Shown here: positions 10,484-20,173 of the stretch, piece by piece | How the letters are laid out: every line of letters begins with the position of its first letter | Numbering within the stretch: the first letter of the stretch is position 1 | Source of the DNA: an uncultured Gemmatimonadota bacterium | Lineage (GTDB): Bacteria > SM23-81 > DAOVCL01 | DNA length: 64,000 nucleotides | Assembly (NCBI GenBank): GCA_964626665.1 | Contig: CAZVGK010000011.1 | Span: 1 to 64,000, forward strand | Direction: 5' to 3' | The notes under the pieces: generated by a model | The model's input: only the letters and a program-made list of their open reading frames with translations | Told to the model about the DNA's origin: nothing | Database searches by the model: none | Position numbers and translations under genes: made by a program

Positions 10484-11311
10484 TTATACCGCTCCGAGAA
10501 GGGTAAGTGCTGAACTTGGAACCATATTAGCCTGAGCTAACATCGCGGTTCCTGCCTGCACCAGAAGCTGGGATCTGGTCAACGCGGCAGTCTCGAAGGC
10601 TATATCCACATCCCTGATCACCGACTCGGCTGCCTGGGTGTTCTCAATGCCAATGGACAGGTTGGCTGAGGCATACTCCAACTTGTTTGAGTAAGCACCG
10701 ATGTCACCCCTGGTGGCGGAGAGGGAATTGATGGCAGTGTCAATGGTGTCCATAGCGGACTGGGCACCAGCCACGTCTGTGAGGTCCAAGCTGTTAACTC
10801 CCAGATCAGTTGACGTTGTTCCCTCAATGGTGACGGCGATCTGATCATTGGTGGAGTTGTAGGCTCCCACCTGGAAGGTGCCAGTGAAGGTTCCGTCCAA
10901 CAGGGAAGTCCCATTGAACTTGGTAGAGTTGGCGATCTTGTCGATCTCGCCCGTCAGCTCAGTCTGCTCGTTGTTAATCAGGGTTCTCTGATCAGAGCTG
11001 ATGGTGGAGTCAGCAGCCTCTGTGGCCAGCTCCTTCAACCTGGTGAGCATGGAGTGGATCTGCTCCGTTCCTCCCTCGGCTACCTGCAACAGGGTGATTG
11101 CCCGTCCCGCGTTCTGGTGGGCCATACCAAGACCAGCGATCAGTCCCCTCATCCCCTGAGAGATGGCCAGACCAGCCGCATCGTCAGAGGCATGGTTGAT
11201 GCGGTAGCCGGATGATAGCCTCTCTAAGGACTTGTTCAAGGCCGCCGTGTTTACCGCCAGATGCCTCTGGGCGACCATTGATGCTATGTTGTGGGTTACT
11301 CTAAGGGCCAT
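10484..11311 (-). CDS. fliC: Flagellin (short, D0/D1 only)
   Basis: SLERLSSGYRINHASDDAAGLAIS, IANSTKFNG, AESVIRDVD, AMLAQAN; AGGAGG RBS. Confidence 0.97.
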   Translation of the reverse strand: MALRVTHNIASMVAQRHLAVNTAALNKSLERLSSGYRINHASDDAAGLAISQGMRGLIAGLGMAHQNAGRAITLLQVAEGGTEQIHSMLTRLKELATEAADSTISSDQRTLINNEQTELTGEIDKIANSTKFNGTSLLDGTFTGTFQVGAYNSTNDQIAVTIEGTTSTDLGVNSLDLTDVAGAQSAMDTIDTAINSLSATRGDIGAYSNKLEYASANLSIGIENTQAAESVIRDVDIAFETAALTRSQLLVQAGTAMLAQANMVPSSALTLLGAV

Positions 11312-11423
11312 TTTTGTCCTCCTTTTAAGTTTTTGTGGTTAGCTGACAACCACTTGACCCTGGGGGCCTGAGGCCCCACGAACTATGCGGTTTTCTCACC
11401 TCCTTTTCTTTTGTCAAAGTATA

Positions 11424-11451
11424 TTATCGGCAACTGGAGGGAAAAACTTTA
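11424..11451 (-). promoter_or_regulatory. Sigma28 promoter of flagellin
   Basis: Minus strand TAAA-N16-GCCGATAA about 110 nt upstream of fliC. Confidence 0.88.
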
Positions 11452-11529
11452 GCAAAAAATGAGGAGGTGGGAAAAAAGGTCAGGAGGACTGATTATCAAA
11501 GGGCTTTCCCCTCAGGACAGGAGCTCTGA

Positions 11530-11930
11530 GGGATAGAAAATAGAAATTGGAAATTTAGCCTGAGCCGTCAGATGCTCTCATCTGACGGCGGCCGGTGGCA
11601 AAATCGGGGTTTTGCCGCCTCATGTTGATAAGGCATTGAACACGAATCCCACGAATGGACGAATAGCACAAATCCTAATTCATAATTCTTTTGTATTCTA
11701 CTCTCTATTATTCGAGTAGATTCGTTTATTCGTGTCATTTGGGTTCCCTCTTCAAGGATTTTGTGGGAGGTATCTCCCGATGCCGATTAAAAGTGTGCTG
11801 TCAGGAGTTACCTCTTCCGCCAGAAATCCCGTCGGAACGGGGCGGACAGCTCTTGAAAGGTCTGGAGACATCTCCTACCAGCGCAACTAAGAGGGATAAC
11901 CTCCCGCAGGTTGCGAACCTGCGGGAGGTT
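11530..11930. repeat. Composite REP mosaic upstream of fliC
   Basis: 11638-11741 is the exact reverse complement of 14759-14862; 11789-11852 recurs at 27233-27296; the rest matches 6950-7270 inverted. Confidence 0.85.
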
Positions 11931-11944
11931 GTTTCATGTCAAGT

Positions 11945-13735
11945 CTAAACAGGTTCTGCTTCAATGATAGTTGTAGTTGAAAGTTCCATTTTCTCCTTGA
12001 GGGTGGAGAGATTCTTTTTTGCCTGTTCCAGGTCTGGCTCTAAGCTAAGGGAAACATCAAAGGAGATGGCCGCCTCCGCCATCCTCTTGTTGTTAAGCAG
12101 GGATTCACCGAATCTGTTAAAAGCGAGGGCCAAGTTGTGCATATCCTCGGAGGAGCCGGAGAGAGGAGGAGCCAATTTAGGATACCTGGCTGAGATATCG
12201 GAATATTCATTAATCAGACCTGGAGTAGAACCCTCCTGGGCATATATCTTGGCCAGGCCAAGGTTTACATCTATATCCCCTACTTTTAACTTCTTTGCCT
12301 GCAGAAACTGCTTCTTGGCCTTTGGATAGTCGTTAGAGCTCAAATAGAGGTATCCCAAACTGGTTAGCGACCTAACCTTATGAGGATCAATCTGCAGGAG
12401 CCTCCTGTAGCTGGTCTCTGCCTGTTGAACCTTACTCCGTTTGGTATAGACAAAGGCCAGCCAGGAGAGGGCCTCACTGAAGTTGGGTGCCAATCCAACG
12501 GCCCTCCCCAATGCCCTCTCCGCCCCCGGAAAATCGTCTAAGAAGATACTGGCCATCCCCAAGTCGAAGTAGTCGGTGGGGGAGTCTGAGCCCAGGGAGA
12601 CAAGCTTTTGATAGCTTCTTTGCGCCTCCCGGTAGTTCCCCTTTCTCAGATAGAAACCGCCCAAGGCCCGGAGCACAGCAGGGGAGTCCGGCTTTATCTG
12701 CAGGGCATTCTCGTATTCCCTGCTTGCCTCTTCAGTTTTCCCATTCCCTTCATAACATTTGGCCAGATAGAAGGAGGTGGAATAGCGAAGCTCCTCAAGG
12801 GGTATGGAGGCTAATCCCAACCTAATACCCTTCCTCTTAACCTCCTCAAAGTTTTCCTGAGCATCAGCAATCTTGCCAAGTTTATAGAAAAGTTCCCCCA
12901 AGCAGTAATTTGGCAGGCCATCTTGGGGGGCGATCTTCCCTGCCTTCCTGTACTCTTGGAGGGCCAGGTTAAACTTCCCTAACTTGCGATAGTTATTCCC
13001 TAAGATTATGTGGGCCATCTTGGTAATCTCGGGGAAACCTGCATCGCTCTGGGCGATCTTCAGAAGGGCTTTCAACTCCTCAATTGCCTTCTCAAGCATC
13101 CCCTTACTGTTATAATTGGTGGCCAATTGATATCTGATGCTTATGTCCTCAGGGGTTTTCTCCACCCGACTCTGGAGGATCTTGAGGTTCCTTTCTACCT
13201 TCCTGTTGTATTCCTCGGGGTTGGAGTATCCCAGGTGATTTATGGTCACTGAGGAGATCCTGGGCAGTAACCCCAGCCTATCCAGAGAATAAGCCACCTG
13301 TTCGTGGACTGGGTTTTTAAATCTCACCCCGGGAAGCTTGGGGAAAAGCCGCAGTTGTAAAAATTCCGTCTTCACCCCATTGGGTTCAGTGGAGAGCACC
13401 CTACAGAGAAAGTAGGAGTCTGGTGGAGAGGATTTGGCCAATCTCCCCAATTTTATGGCCTCCCCCCTCGCCAAGCGGTCATCGGCATCCATCCAGAAGA
13501 TCCAATCCCCGGTGGCATATCGTAGGGAGGCGTTCCTGGCCTGGGCAAAATCATCCTCCCAGGTGAAATGGTGTACCTTTGCCCCTAACCTGCGGGCAAT
13601 CTCCACTGTCTTATCCTGGGAACCGGTGTCTACCACCACTATCTCATCGAAGCTATCCTTAACCGGCAAAAGACAGCCGGCTAAGTTCTCCTCCTCGTTT
13701 CTCACAATCATACACAAGGAAATTTTCGGTTTCAT
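11945..13735 (-). CDS. GT2 glycosyltransferase with TPR repeats
   Basis: ISLCMIVRNEE, VVDTGSQD, DFAQARN, WMDADD, VHEQ, HLGY, then TPRs. Confidence 0.92.
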   Translation of the reverse strand: MKPKISLCMIVRNEEENLAGCLLPVKDSFDEIVVVDTGSQDKTVEIARRLGAKVHHFTWEDDFAQARNASLRYATGDWIFWMDADDRLARGEAIKLGRLAKSSPPDSYFLCRVLSTEPNGVKTEFLQLRLFPKLPGVRFKNPVHEQVAYSLDRLGLLPRISSVTINHLGYSNPEEYNRKVERNLKILQSRVEKTPEDISIRYQLATNYNSKGMLEKAIEELKALLKIAQSDAGFPEITKMAHIILGNNYRKLGKFNLALQEYRKAGKIAPQDGLPNYCLGELFYKLGKIADAQENFEEVKRKGIRLGLASIPLEELRYSTSFYLAKCYEGNGKTEEASREYENALQIKPDSPAVLRALGGFYLRKGNYREAQRSYQKLVSLGSDSPTDYFDLGMASIFLDDFPGAERALGRAVGLAPNFSEALSWLAFVYTKRSKVQQAETSYRRLLQIDPHKVRSLTSLGYLYLSSNDYPKAKKQFLQAKKLKVGDIDVNLGLAKIYAQEGSTPGLINEYSDISARYPKLAPPLSGSSEDMHNLALAFNRFGESLLNNKRMAEAAISFDVSLSLEPDLEQAKKNLSTLKEKMELSTTTIIEAEPV

Positions 13736-14733
13736 ATGGTCACCTTCTCTTCCTCGGCCTGGTGGCTAGAGGCGAACCTACTTGCGCTTATCGCCTTCTG
13801 CCAACCTTTTCTAAAGGCTTGAAAAGGAAATTCCTGGCTTACGGTCCTCCTGGCATAGCTTCCCAGTCTGATGGCCGCATCGCGATTCCGCAAAAGGAAC
13901 TTCATCTTTTCCCGCAAATAGCTGAGATCGTTAGAGATAAACCCATTATAGCCATCAACCACCGGGGATGTGGAGTGCTTAGTGCTGATCACAGGCATAC
14001 CAGTGGTCATTGCTTCCAAGGTAGCCGTATTGTATCCATCCTCCACCCCTTCGCGGTTGGTGATTAAAAAGAGCCGGTAACTGCGGTACATCCTCTTTAG
14101 ATCATCCCAACTGGGGGCAGGGCCAGCAGTGCGCAGGGAAGGATTGAGGCCAACGATATCCGAGGGCAGATCCTGGAGGATCTCCTCCTGAATGGAGTAT
14201 CCTAACAAGGCATCCCTCTCCTTAAGATGATTGGCCACCCTGAGCACCCGAGGGATCTCCCCGCAATAGCCAAAGCACTCATCGGTCGGCGCAGGCAGTT
14301 TGATCACCTCCCCCTTAATTCCCCAATCTCTCCGTTTTAGAGAGGAGACGAATATGGGCTTGACTCCCCAATAGACGAGAAGTTTGGCCACCATCCGGCG
14401 AAAATCAGCGAGATCGGTTTTATCCCCCTCCTCCATTGTCCTTCCGGTGAGCGTGCTGTGAAAAACGGAGATCTTGGAAAGTTCATATTCCTTGATGTCC
14501 AATAGATCCTTGTTGTTATGGCATATAGCCAGGTCGTAGAGCCCCAGTTTCAAATTGGCCTTGGCCTCCTCCAGGCTAAGAAGCCTACAATCTTCCGGTA
14601 AAGGTCTTATTCTTGGTAGCCAGCGCAGTCTCCTCCCGTTTTGGGCGAGGGGTTCAACTATATCCAATGGCCCTATTGCCTTGGCCAAAAGGTAAACATA
14701 GGCCTGATGGGAGTTAAAGGTCAATATCCTCAT
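13732..14733 (-). CDS. GT4-like glycosyltransferase
   Basis: ATLEAMTTGMPVIS, VVDGYNGF C-terminal GT-B signature. Confidence 0.8.
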   Translation of the reverse strand: MRILTFNSHQAYVYLLAKAIGPLDIVEPLAQNGRRLRWLPRIRPLPEDCRLLSLEEAKANLKLGLYDLAICHNNKDLLDIKEYELSKISVFHSTLTGRTMEEGDKTDLADFRRMVAKLLVYWGVKPIFVSSLKRRDWGIKGEVIKLPAPTDECFGYCGEIPRVLRVANHLKERDALLGYSIQEEILQDLPSDIVGLNPSLRTAGPAPSWDDLKRMYRSYRLFLITNREGVEDGYNTATLEAMTTGMPVISTKHSTSPVVDGYNGFISNDLSYLREKMKFLLRNRDAAIRLGSYARRTVSQEFPFQAFRKGWQKAISASRFASSHQAEEEKVTI

Positions 14734-14864
14734 CTTCCAATAGATAAAAATGGGAACACAAATGACACGAATAAACGAATCTACTCGAATAATAGAGAGT
14801 AGAATACAAAAGAATTATGAATTAGGATTTGTGCTATTCGTCCATTCGTGGGATTCGTGTTCTA

Positions 14865-16088
14865 TCAGTGAAATCCGTGTAATCCGTGGCTGGTGTTTGG
14901 TTGCGGCTTTGCTGCACTGTGCGGTTCTGAGAGATTCCGTAGGGGACTTACCCCTTCACCCCCCGCCATCTCTATAGACTTCTCTATCAGGGCCATAGCC
15001 TCCTCTTTCCTATTCCGTTTAAGAAATAGCTTCCCTAACCTAAAGTAGGGGATAAAAGAGTCTGGTTTGTGGGAGATGCATCTCTGGTAGGCCCCAATCG
15101 CCTGGGAAATCTGATTGGTCTCCTCGTAGCAGATGCCCAGCCAATAGTCAGTCTTCACCTTCATTAAGGGAATGGGAAGAGGGAGGTTGATGGTTTTAGG
15201 CTCAATTTTTTTTACCTCCTGTAGATAAGGTAAAGCCTTGGAGAAATTCTTCTTCAGGCAGAGTAGCTCCCCTAAGTAGAACTTAGCTGGCCAGAAGCTT
15301 TCCTCCTTTTGCAGGGCGTTATGAAGGGAAACCATAGATTTTCCCTCCTCTCCCAGTTCGTAGTAGAGCTTGGCCTCCAAGAGGTGCGTGTAGAGGTAGA
15401 GCTCCTCGGAAAAGGCTGGAAATCTGGGATTTTCCAAGAGTTTCCTTGTCAGCTCCAGGGCCTTTTGCCGTTCTCCCAAAGAGTCGTAGGTAGAGGCCAA
15501 TTGAAAACTGGAGTAAAAATCTCTGGGGTGCTTGTTCAACCACTCTTTGAGAAACTTCAGATTTCTCAGATCCTTCCTCTTCTTCCCCCCATCGGCATAG
15601 CCGAGATGGTTAATGACAACCTCCTTGGGTTCAACCTCTACCCCCAATCTCCGTAATGACCCTTCCACCTGTTCGTGAATCGCCCCTTCAAATTTAACCC
15701 CAGGGAGCTTGGGGAAGAGCCGTAATTGGTAGAACTCCTCCTGAGTTCCCTCATTGATTACCTTGAAGGAGAAGGCCTTTTTTACATCTTCTCCAATTAA
15801 CCCCCTTATCTTCTGGGCTTCCTGTGGGGTGATCCGATCATCTGCATCCATCCAGAAGATCCAATCTCCCTGAGCGTAGCTCAGGGATGCGTTCCTGGCC
15901 GCGGAAAAATCATCCTGCCAGGGAAAATAAAAGACTTTAGCACCCATCTCCTTGGCCAGCCGAGGGGTCCGGTCTTTAGAGCCCGTATCCACCACTATTA
16001 TCTCGTCAAAGCTATCGCGCAGGGACAGGAGGCAGTCCCTCAGGTTTTCCTCCTCATCCCTGACGATCATACAGAGGGAAAGGTTCAT
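14865..16088 (-). CDS. GT2 glycosyltransferase with TPR repeats (paralog)
   Basis: LSLCMIVRDEE, DTGSKD, DDFSAARN, WMDADD, IHEQ; last ~20 aa are read from a repeat. Confidence 0.9.
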   Translation of the reverse strand: MNLSLCMIVRDEEENLRDCLLSLRDSFDEIIVVDTGSKDRTPRLAKEMGAKVFYFPWQDDFSAARNASLSYAQGDWIFWMDADDRITPQEAQKIRGLIGEDVKKAFSFKVINEGTQEEFYQLRLFPKLPGVKFEGAIHEQVEGSLRRLGVEVEPKEVVINHLGYADGGKKRKDLRNLKFLKEWLNKHPRDFYSSFQLASTYDSLGERQKALELTRKLLENPRFPAFSEELYLYTHLLEAKLYYELGEEGKSMVSLHNALQKEESFWPAKFYLGELLCLKKNFSKALPYLQEVKKIEPKTINLPLPIPLMKVKTDYWLGICYEETNQISQAIGAYQRCISHKPDSFIPYFRLGKLFLKRNRKEEAMALIEKSIEMAGGEGVSPLRNLSEPHSAAKPQPNTSHGLHGFH

Positions 16089-19000
16089 ACCTGGAGTTCC
16101 TTAAGCCTCTCCTCCGCCTCCTTGAGCTCTGGATCAAGGAAAAGGGCGAGTTCAAACTCCCTCTTGGCTAAATCCCTCCTCTCTAAGTTGAAATAGCAGT
16201 CCCCCAGACATAGCCTCACATCAGCTCCTGGGGTCTCCAAGCCCGAATATCTCTCCAGAAGCCCCGCTGCCTCCTCATATAGGCCAACCTGATAACAGAT
16301 CAGGGCCAGGTTGAGCATCGTCTCCGGGTTTTGGGGGGCCATCTTCAAGGCCTCTTGCAGGTGCTCCAAAGCACCCTCCAAGTTCCCTTCCTGCCAGAGA
16401 ACCACCCCCAGGTCGGTCTCAATTTGGGGGGCCGTGGGGTTGAGTTCCAGCGCCCTTTCGAGCACTGATTTTGCCTCCGACACCTTCTCGTCCTTGAATA
16501 GACACTCCCCTAAGGTCCGGAAATTATCCGCTGACCAGGGATCTATCTCCGTAAGCTTCTCATATAAGGGGATAGCCTCCTTGAACCTGTTGCCCTCAAA
16601 AAGCAAGGCCCCCAACTTCTCCAAGATCTCCTGATTCTCTGGGGCATTGTCCAGGGATTTCCGATAGAACCTCTCGGCCAACTCGTTCTCCCCGCCCTCT
16701 CGATGCTGGTCCCCCATTTTCATATATTCCATCGCTTTTCTTTCTTTTATAACCGACATCTTCTGCCTCCCCTCTTTTCTCAAAACCGGTTTACCCCGCA
16801 AAGCGGCTATTCTACCCAAAACCAGCTCCACGGATTTTTCCCAGCCCAAGGTCTTTCTTATCTTCTCGGCCAACTTTAAACCCTTCTTTTTTGCCGCCTC
16901 TCGATGAGCATAGACCTCCTTCAACCTTTGTCCTAAGACTTCAGGGGATGGTTCTAAGACCCAAGGTTTCCCTGCTGTTTTTAGTTTGATCTTGATCTCC
17001 CTCCTTTGGGATGGAACCCAGTAGATATCATCTGAGGGACAGAACTCGTCACAGGCTCCTCCCTTGGTCAATATCGCCGGCAACCCACAGGCGAGGCCCT
17101 CGGCCACCGGCAGGCCAAACCCTTCCCCCCTATAGGGATGGACAAGGCAATCGCAGGCGGTATAAAGGCCGGCCATCTTACCCTCAGGGATGGTGGCCTT
17201 TAGGTAGAGCACCTCGGGAGCATCCTTATCCATCTGCATCTCCTTGATTAGCTTCCCTGCCCCCTGCCCCCGGTAGAAGCTATCCTGTCCCATATCCTTA
17301 ATTACTAGACAGACATCATCCTGGGCAGTGAAGCTCTGGCGGTAGGCCTGCAACAGGAGGTCAATCCCCTTTCTCCAGATGGTTCCTCCCACGAAGAGGA
17401 ACTTAAACTTCTTCTTGGTCCGCAGCTTCAAGGGAGGTTCCTGAGGGTTGAAGAGATCAAAGTTTACACCATTGGGAATAACGAATATCTTCCCAGGGTC
17501 AACCCCACTTTGGATATAGCAATCCTTGACGAATTTGCTATACACCCATAATTCATCGACCATAAGGTTTATGGGTTTAATCCACTCTTCGGGGATGGCT
17601 CCATATTCCCAGGGCTGGATCATCACCCAATGGCCCTCAGGTGGGGGGGTGAAATTGGGCGGCCATTGGTGGCGGATATGCACATCGGCCGGACGGGAGA
17701 GAGGGGCGCGCACTCGGGCAGCAAGCTGGGGGAAACGGGGGTCATCCTCCGGGCCAAACTGGTCAGGCTCGTAGGGGATGATGGAGAGCTCAACATTATC
17801 CCGCGCTAACAAACGGAGACAGAGCTCCCTGTTGACCAAGGCCAGGGAGTGATAGACAAAGAGGCTGCCCTCCCATGCCACTCTCAGTTTTTCCACTCTT
17901 CCGAGTGTAATTCTTGATACATTCAAACGATTGGCTATCTTCTGTAAACGAGCAGCTATCTTTTTCGTGCACTTTTCTGTACTCCAAGCTTTGATTATCT
18001 CTTGACGAGCCGCTATCCCTTTGAGCTTGGCCCTATCCCAATCTTGGAATACCTCTCGCATTATGGATTTCAGATGAGAAATCGAAGGTTCAATAAATTT
18101 TGGCTTTTTGTTGGTAATAGAGGTAGGTACCTCAATCTCTATGAGGTAGGAATTCTCTTGGTTCATAAAATCAAGATTGCCTCCCCATTTTGTCCCAATA
18201 GTTGGCAATTCCATAGCCATTGCCTCTCCCAGTGCTTGGCCAAAGGTCTCTCCTCTACTGGGTAGGACAAAGGCATCACAGGAATTATAAAGAAAAGGGA
18301 TTTGATGAGCTGGAAGTTGGGGGAGGACTATAATTTGAGGTGTTCTCTTTGGATTATATCCTAAACGAGAGATAAATCTATTTATTTCCCCCTTAATATT
18401 TAGATACTGATTGGAAAAGGAATTTATCACTAGACAAACATTTTCCTCAGGGGAAAACTCTTCCAGAAATGCTTTTGTGAGTATATCCCAACCTTTAGTC
18501 TTACTCCAGCGGAATATAGATAGAAAGGAGAAAAGGCCCTCCGGAACAATCTTCAAAGCTTGGGCGCTTTCCGGGTCAAATCTTTTAATGTCTATCCCGA
18601 TGGGAAACACCTTGACCTTTTTGCTCTGCACTCCTCTATCCATTAAGACTTGCTTGTTAAAATTGGATGGGACCCATATTTCATCCATCCTCTGAATTCT
18701 CTGGAGTAAGTTTAAGGGTAGGTTGCCCCCCTCCAAGGCGGTGATTCCGATATGATAACCCCCTGGGTTTAAGTTTTTAGATTTTACGAAACCGATAAAT
18801 CCATCTTCGAAGAACGAATGGGTGATAAATAGATCTATCGGACCACTATAATGCTTTTCCCTTAATCGTTGGCTCAAGTCCGGATCTAAGTTTACTGCTT
18901 CGCGGGGAGATGAGATAAATGCTTGAGTTTCTATGCCCTTTTTATCTAATTTCCGGTATAGATCTCTGCTCCGCTCCCCCTTCCCCCCCATCTCCAACAA

Positions 19001-20173
19001 GGGACCGGAGAAGGAAATCTTCACCCTAGGTCTTTGAGAGCTGAAGGACCGGGGTTCACGCTTCACAAGCAGGTTAGAAAGCTCCCCACGGATAACAGAA
19101 ACTGTCCGTTCTAACTTGTGGTTATGCTCCACTGTCTGGCGGGCTTTTTGTCCCAATTCTAAACCCTTATCCCGGTTTTCAAAAGCATACCTCAAAAGCC
19201 GTCTCAACTCCGGTAGACTGGGCTCACTCAAAATTGGGTAGTTATTTGTAACATAGTCCCCCCATCTTTTGAGGGGCAAAGATATCCTCCGGGTAGCCAG
19301 AGGGAGGGAATTCCCCAAATTACAGAACTCGGAGCAAAGAGGAGAATTGGTTGCTATTACCGGTAGGCCTGAGGCCATAGCCCTGAGGATTGAAACCCCT
19401 AATTGCTCGGCTCTATACGGCTGCACATAACAGTCACAGGTTGTGAATAAACGAGGTGGCTCATCATAAGATTTTATACCCTTTAAGTAGAGGATTTCTG
19501 CTGCTCCCTTTATCTTGTTTATCTCTCTAACCTTATTTGAAAATAGTTTGTCTGGAGAGAAACTCTGCACCACCAAACAAACATCCTCATCTTCGGTAAA
19601 TTCGGCTTCATAGGCGGAGATCAAGATGTCTATCCCCTTAGAAGTGGTTAAATCGTCAAAATAGAGAAATTTGTAAGATTTTTCCGTTTTCAGCTCCAGA
19701 GGCCGATTGCCTGGGTTATAGAGTTCGGTGTCTACCCCGACCGGGATGAGCGTTACCCTATTTTTCCTCACCCCCTCCCTCGTGAGAACATCCATCATAT
19801 GCTTGGAGAATACCCAAACCCTGTCCACCTTTGTGTTTATCTCCTCTGCCCAATGGATAGGTATGGAACCGTAAGGCCAGGAGATAACTGGTATGTAAAT
19901 CTCTTTGGGAGAATGTTGGAAATTCAGTATAGGTAAGAAGCTAATGGTGAAATCGACTCTATCAAATTTCACTTCAGAGAGGAGAGATAGGAATGGATCA
20001 TCCAGGGAGTCCATACTTGCCTCATTATTTTCCTCAATGAAAGGTGAAGTAATACCTACCTGCAGACTCTCGCTACGGAGGTTTGAGATTAACTCCCTGC
20101 TATAAGAGGCTAAACAATTCCCTTCTTTGAATGGCCCCTCCCAAAAAATATTTACGGATTCGTCTTCCTTCAT
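16085..20173 (-). CDS. Triple GT4 glycosyltransferase with C-terminal TPRs
   Basis: Three GT-B modules (PYRAEQLG..AMASGLP; PSRGETFG..EAMAMELP; PYRGEGFGLP..EGLACGLP) followed by TPRs. Confidence 0.9.
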   Translation of the reverse strand: MKEDESVNIFWEGPFKEGNCLASYSRELISNLRSESLQVGITSPFIEENNEASMDSLDDPFLSLLSEVKFDRVDFTISFLPILNFQHSPKEIYIPVISWPYGSIPIHWAEEINTKVDRVWVFSKHMMDVLTREGVRKNRVTLIPVGVDTELYNPGNRPLELKTEKSYKFLYFDDLTTSKGIDILISAYEAEFTEDEDVCLVVQSFSPDKLFSNKVREINKIKGAAEILYLKGIKSYDEPPRLFTTCDCYVQPYRAEQLGVSILRAMASGLPVIATNSPLCSEFCNLGNSLPLATRRISLPLKRWGDYVTNNYPILSEPSLPELRRLLRYAFENRDKGLELGQKARQTVEHNHKLERTVSVIRGELSNLLVKREPRSFSSQRPRVKISFSGPLLEMGGKGERSRDLYRKLDKKGIETQAFISSPREAVNLDPDLSQRLREKHYSGPIDLFITHSFFEDGFIGFVKSKNLNPGGYHIGITALEGGNLPLNLLQRIQRMDEIWVPSNFNKQVLMDRGVQSKKVKVFPIGIDIKRFDPESAQALKIVPEGLFSFLSIFRWSKTKGWDILTKAFLEEFSPEENVCLVINSFSNQYLNIKGEINRFISRLGYNPKRTPQIIVLPQLPAHQIPFLYNSCDAFVLPSRGETFGQALGEAMAMELPTIGTKWGGNLDFMNQENSYLIEIEVPTSITNKKPKFIEPSISHLKSIMREVFQDWDRAKLKGIAARQEIIKAWSTEKCTKKIAARLQKIANRLNVSRITLGRVEKLRVAWEGSLFVYHSLALVNRELCLRLLARDNVELSIIPYEPDQFGPEDDPRFPQLAARVRAPLSRPADVHIRHQWPPNFTPPPEGHWVMIQPWEYGAIPEEWIKPINLMVDELWVYSKFVKDCYIQSGVDPGKIFVIPNGVNFDLFNPQEPPLKLRTKKKFKFLFVGGTIWRKGIDLLLQAYRQSFTAQDDVCLVIKDMGQDSFYRGQGAGKLIKEMQMDKDAPEVLYLKATIPEGKMAGLYTACDCLVHPYRGEGFGLPVAEGLACGLPAILTKGGACDEFCPSDDIYWVPSQRREIKIKLKTAGKPWVLEPSPEVLGQRLKEVYAHREAAKKKGLKLAEKIRKTLGWEKSVELVLGRIAALRGKPVLRKEGRQKMSVIKERKAMEYMKMGDQHREGGENELAERFYRKSLDNAPENQEILEKLGALLFEGNRFKEAIPLYEKLTEIDPWSADNFRTLGECLFKDEKVSEAKSVLERALELNPTAPQIETDLGVVLWQEGNLEGALEHLQEALKMAPQNPETMLNLALICYQVGLYEEAAGLLERYSGLETPGADVRLCLGDCYFNLERRDLAKREFELALFLDPELKEAEERLKELQV

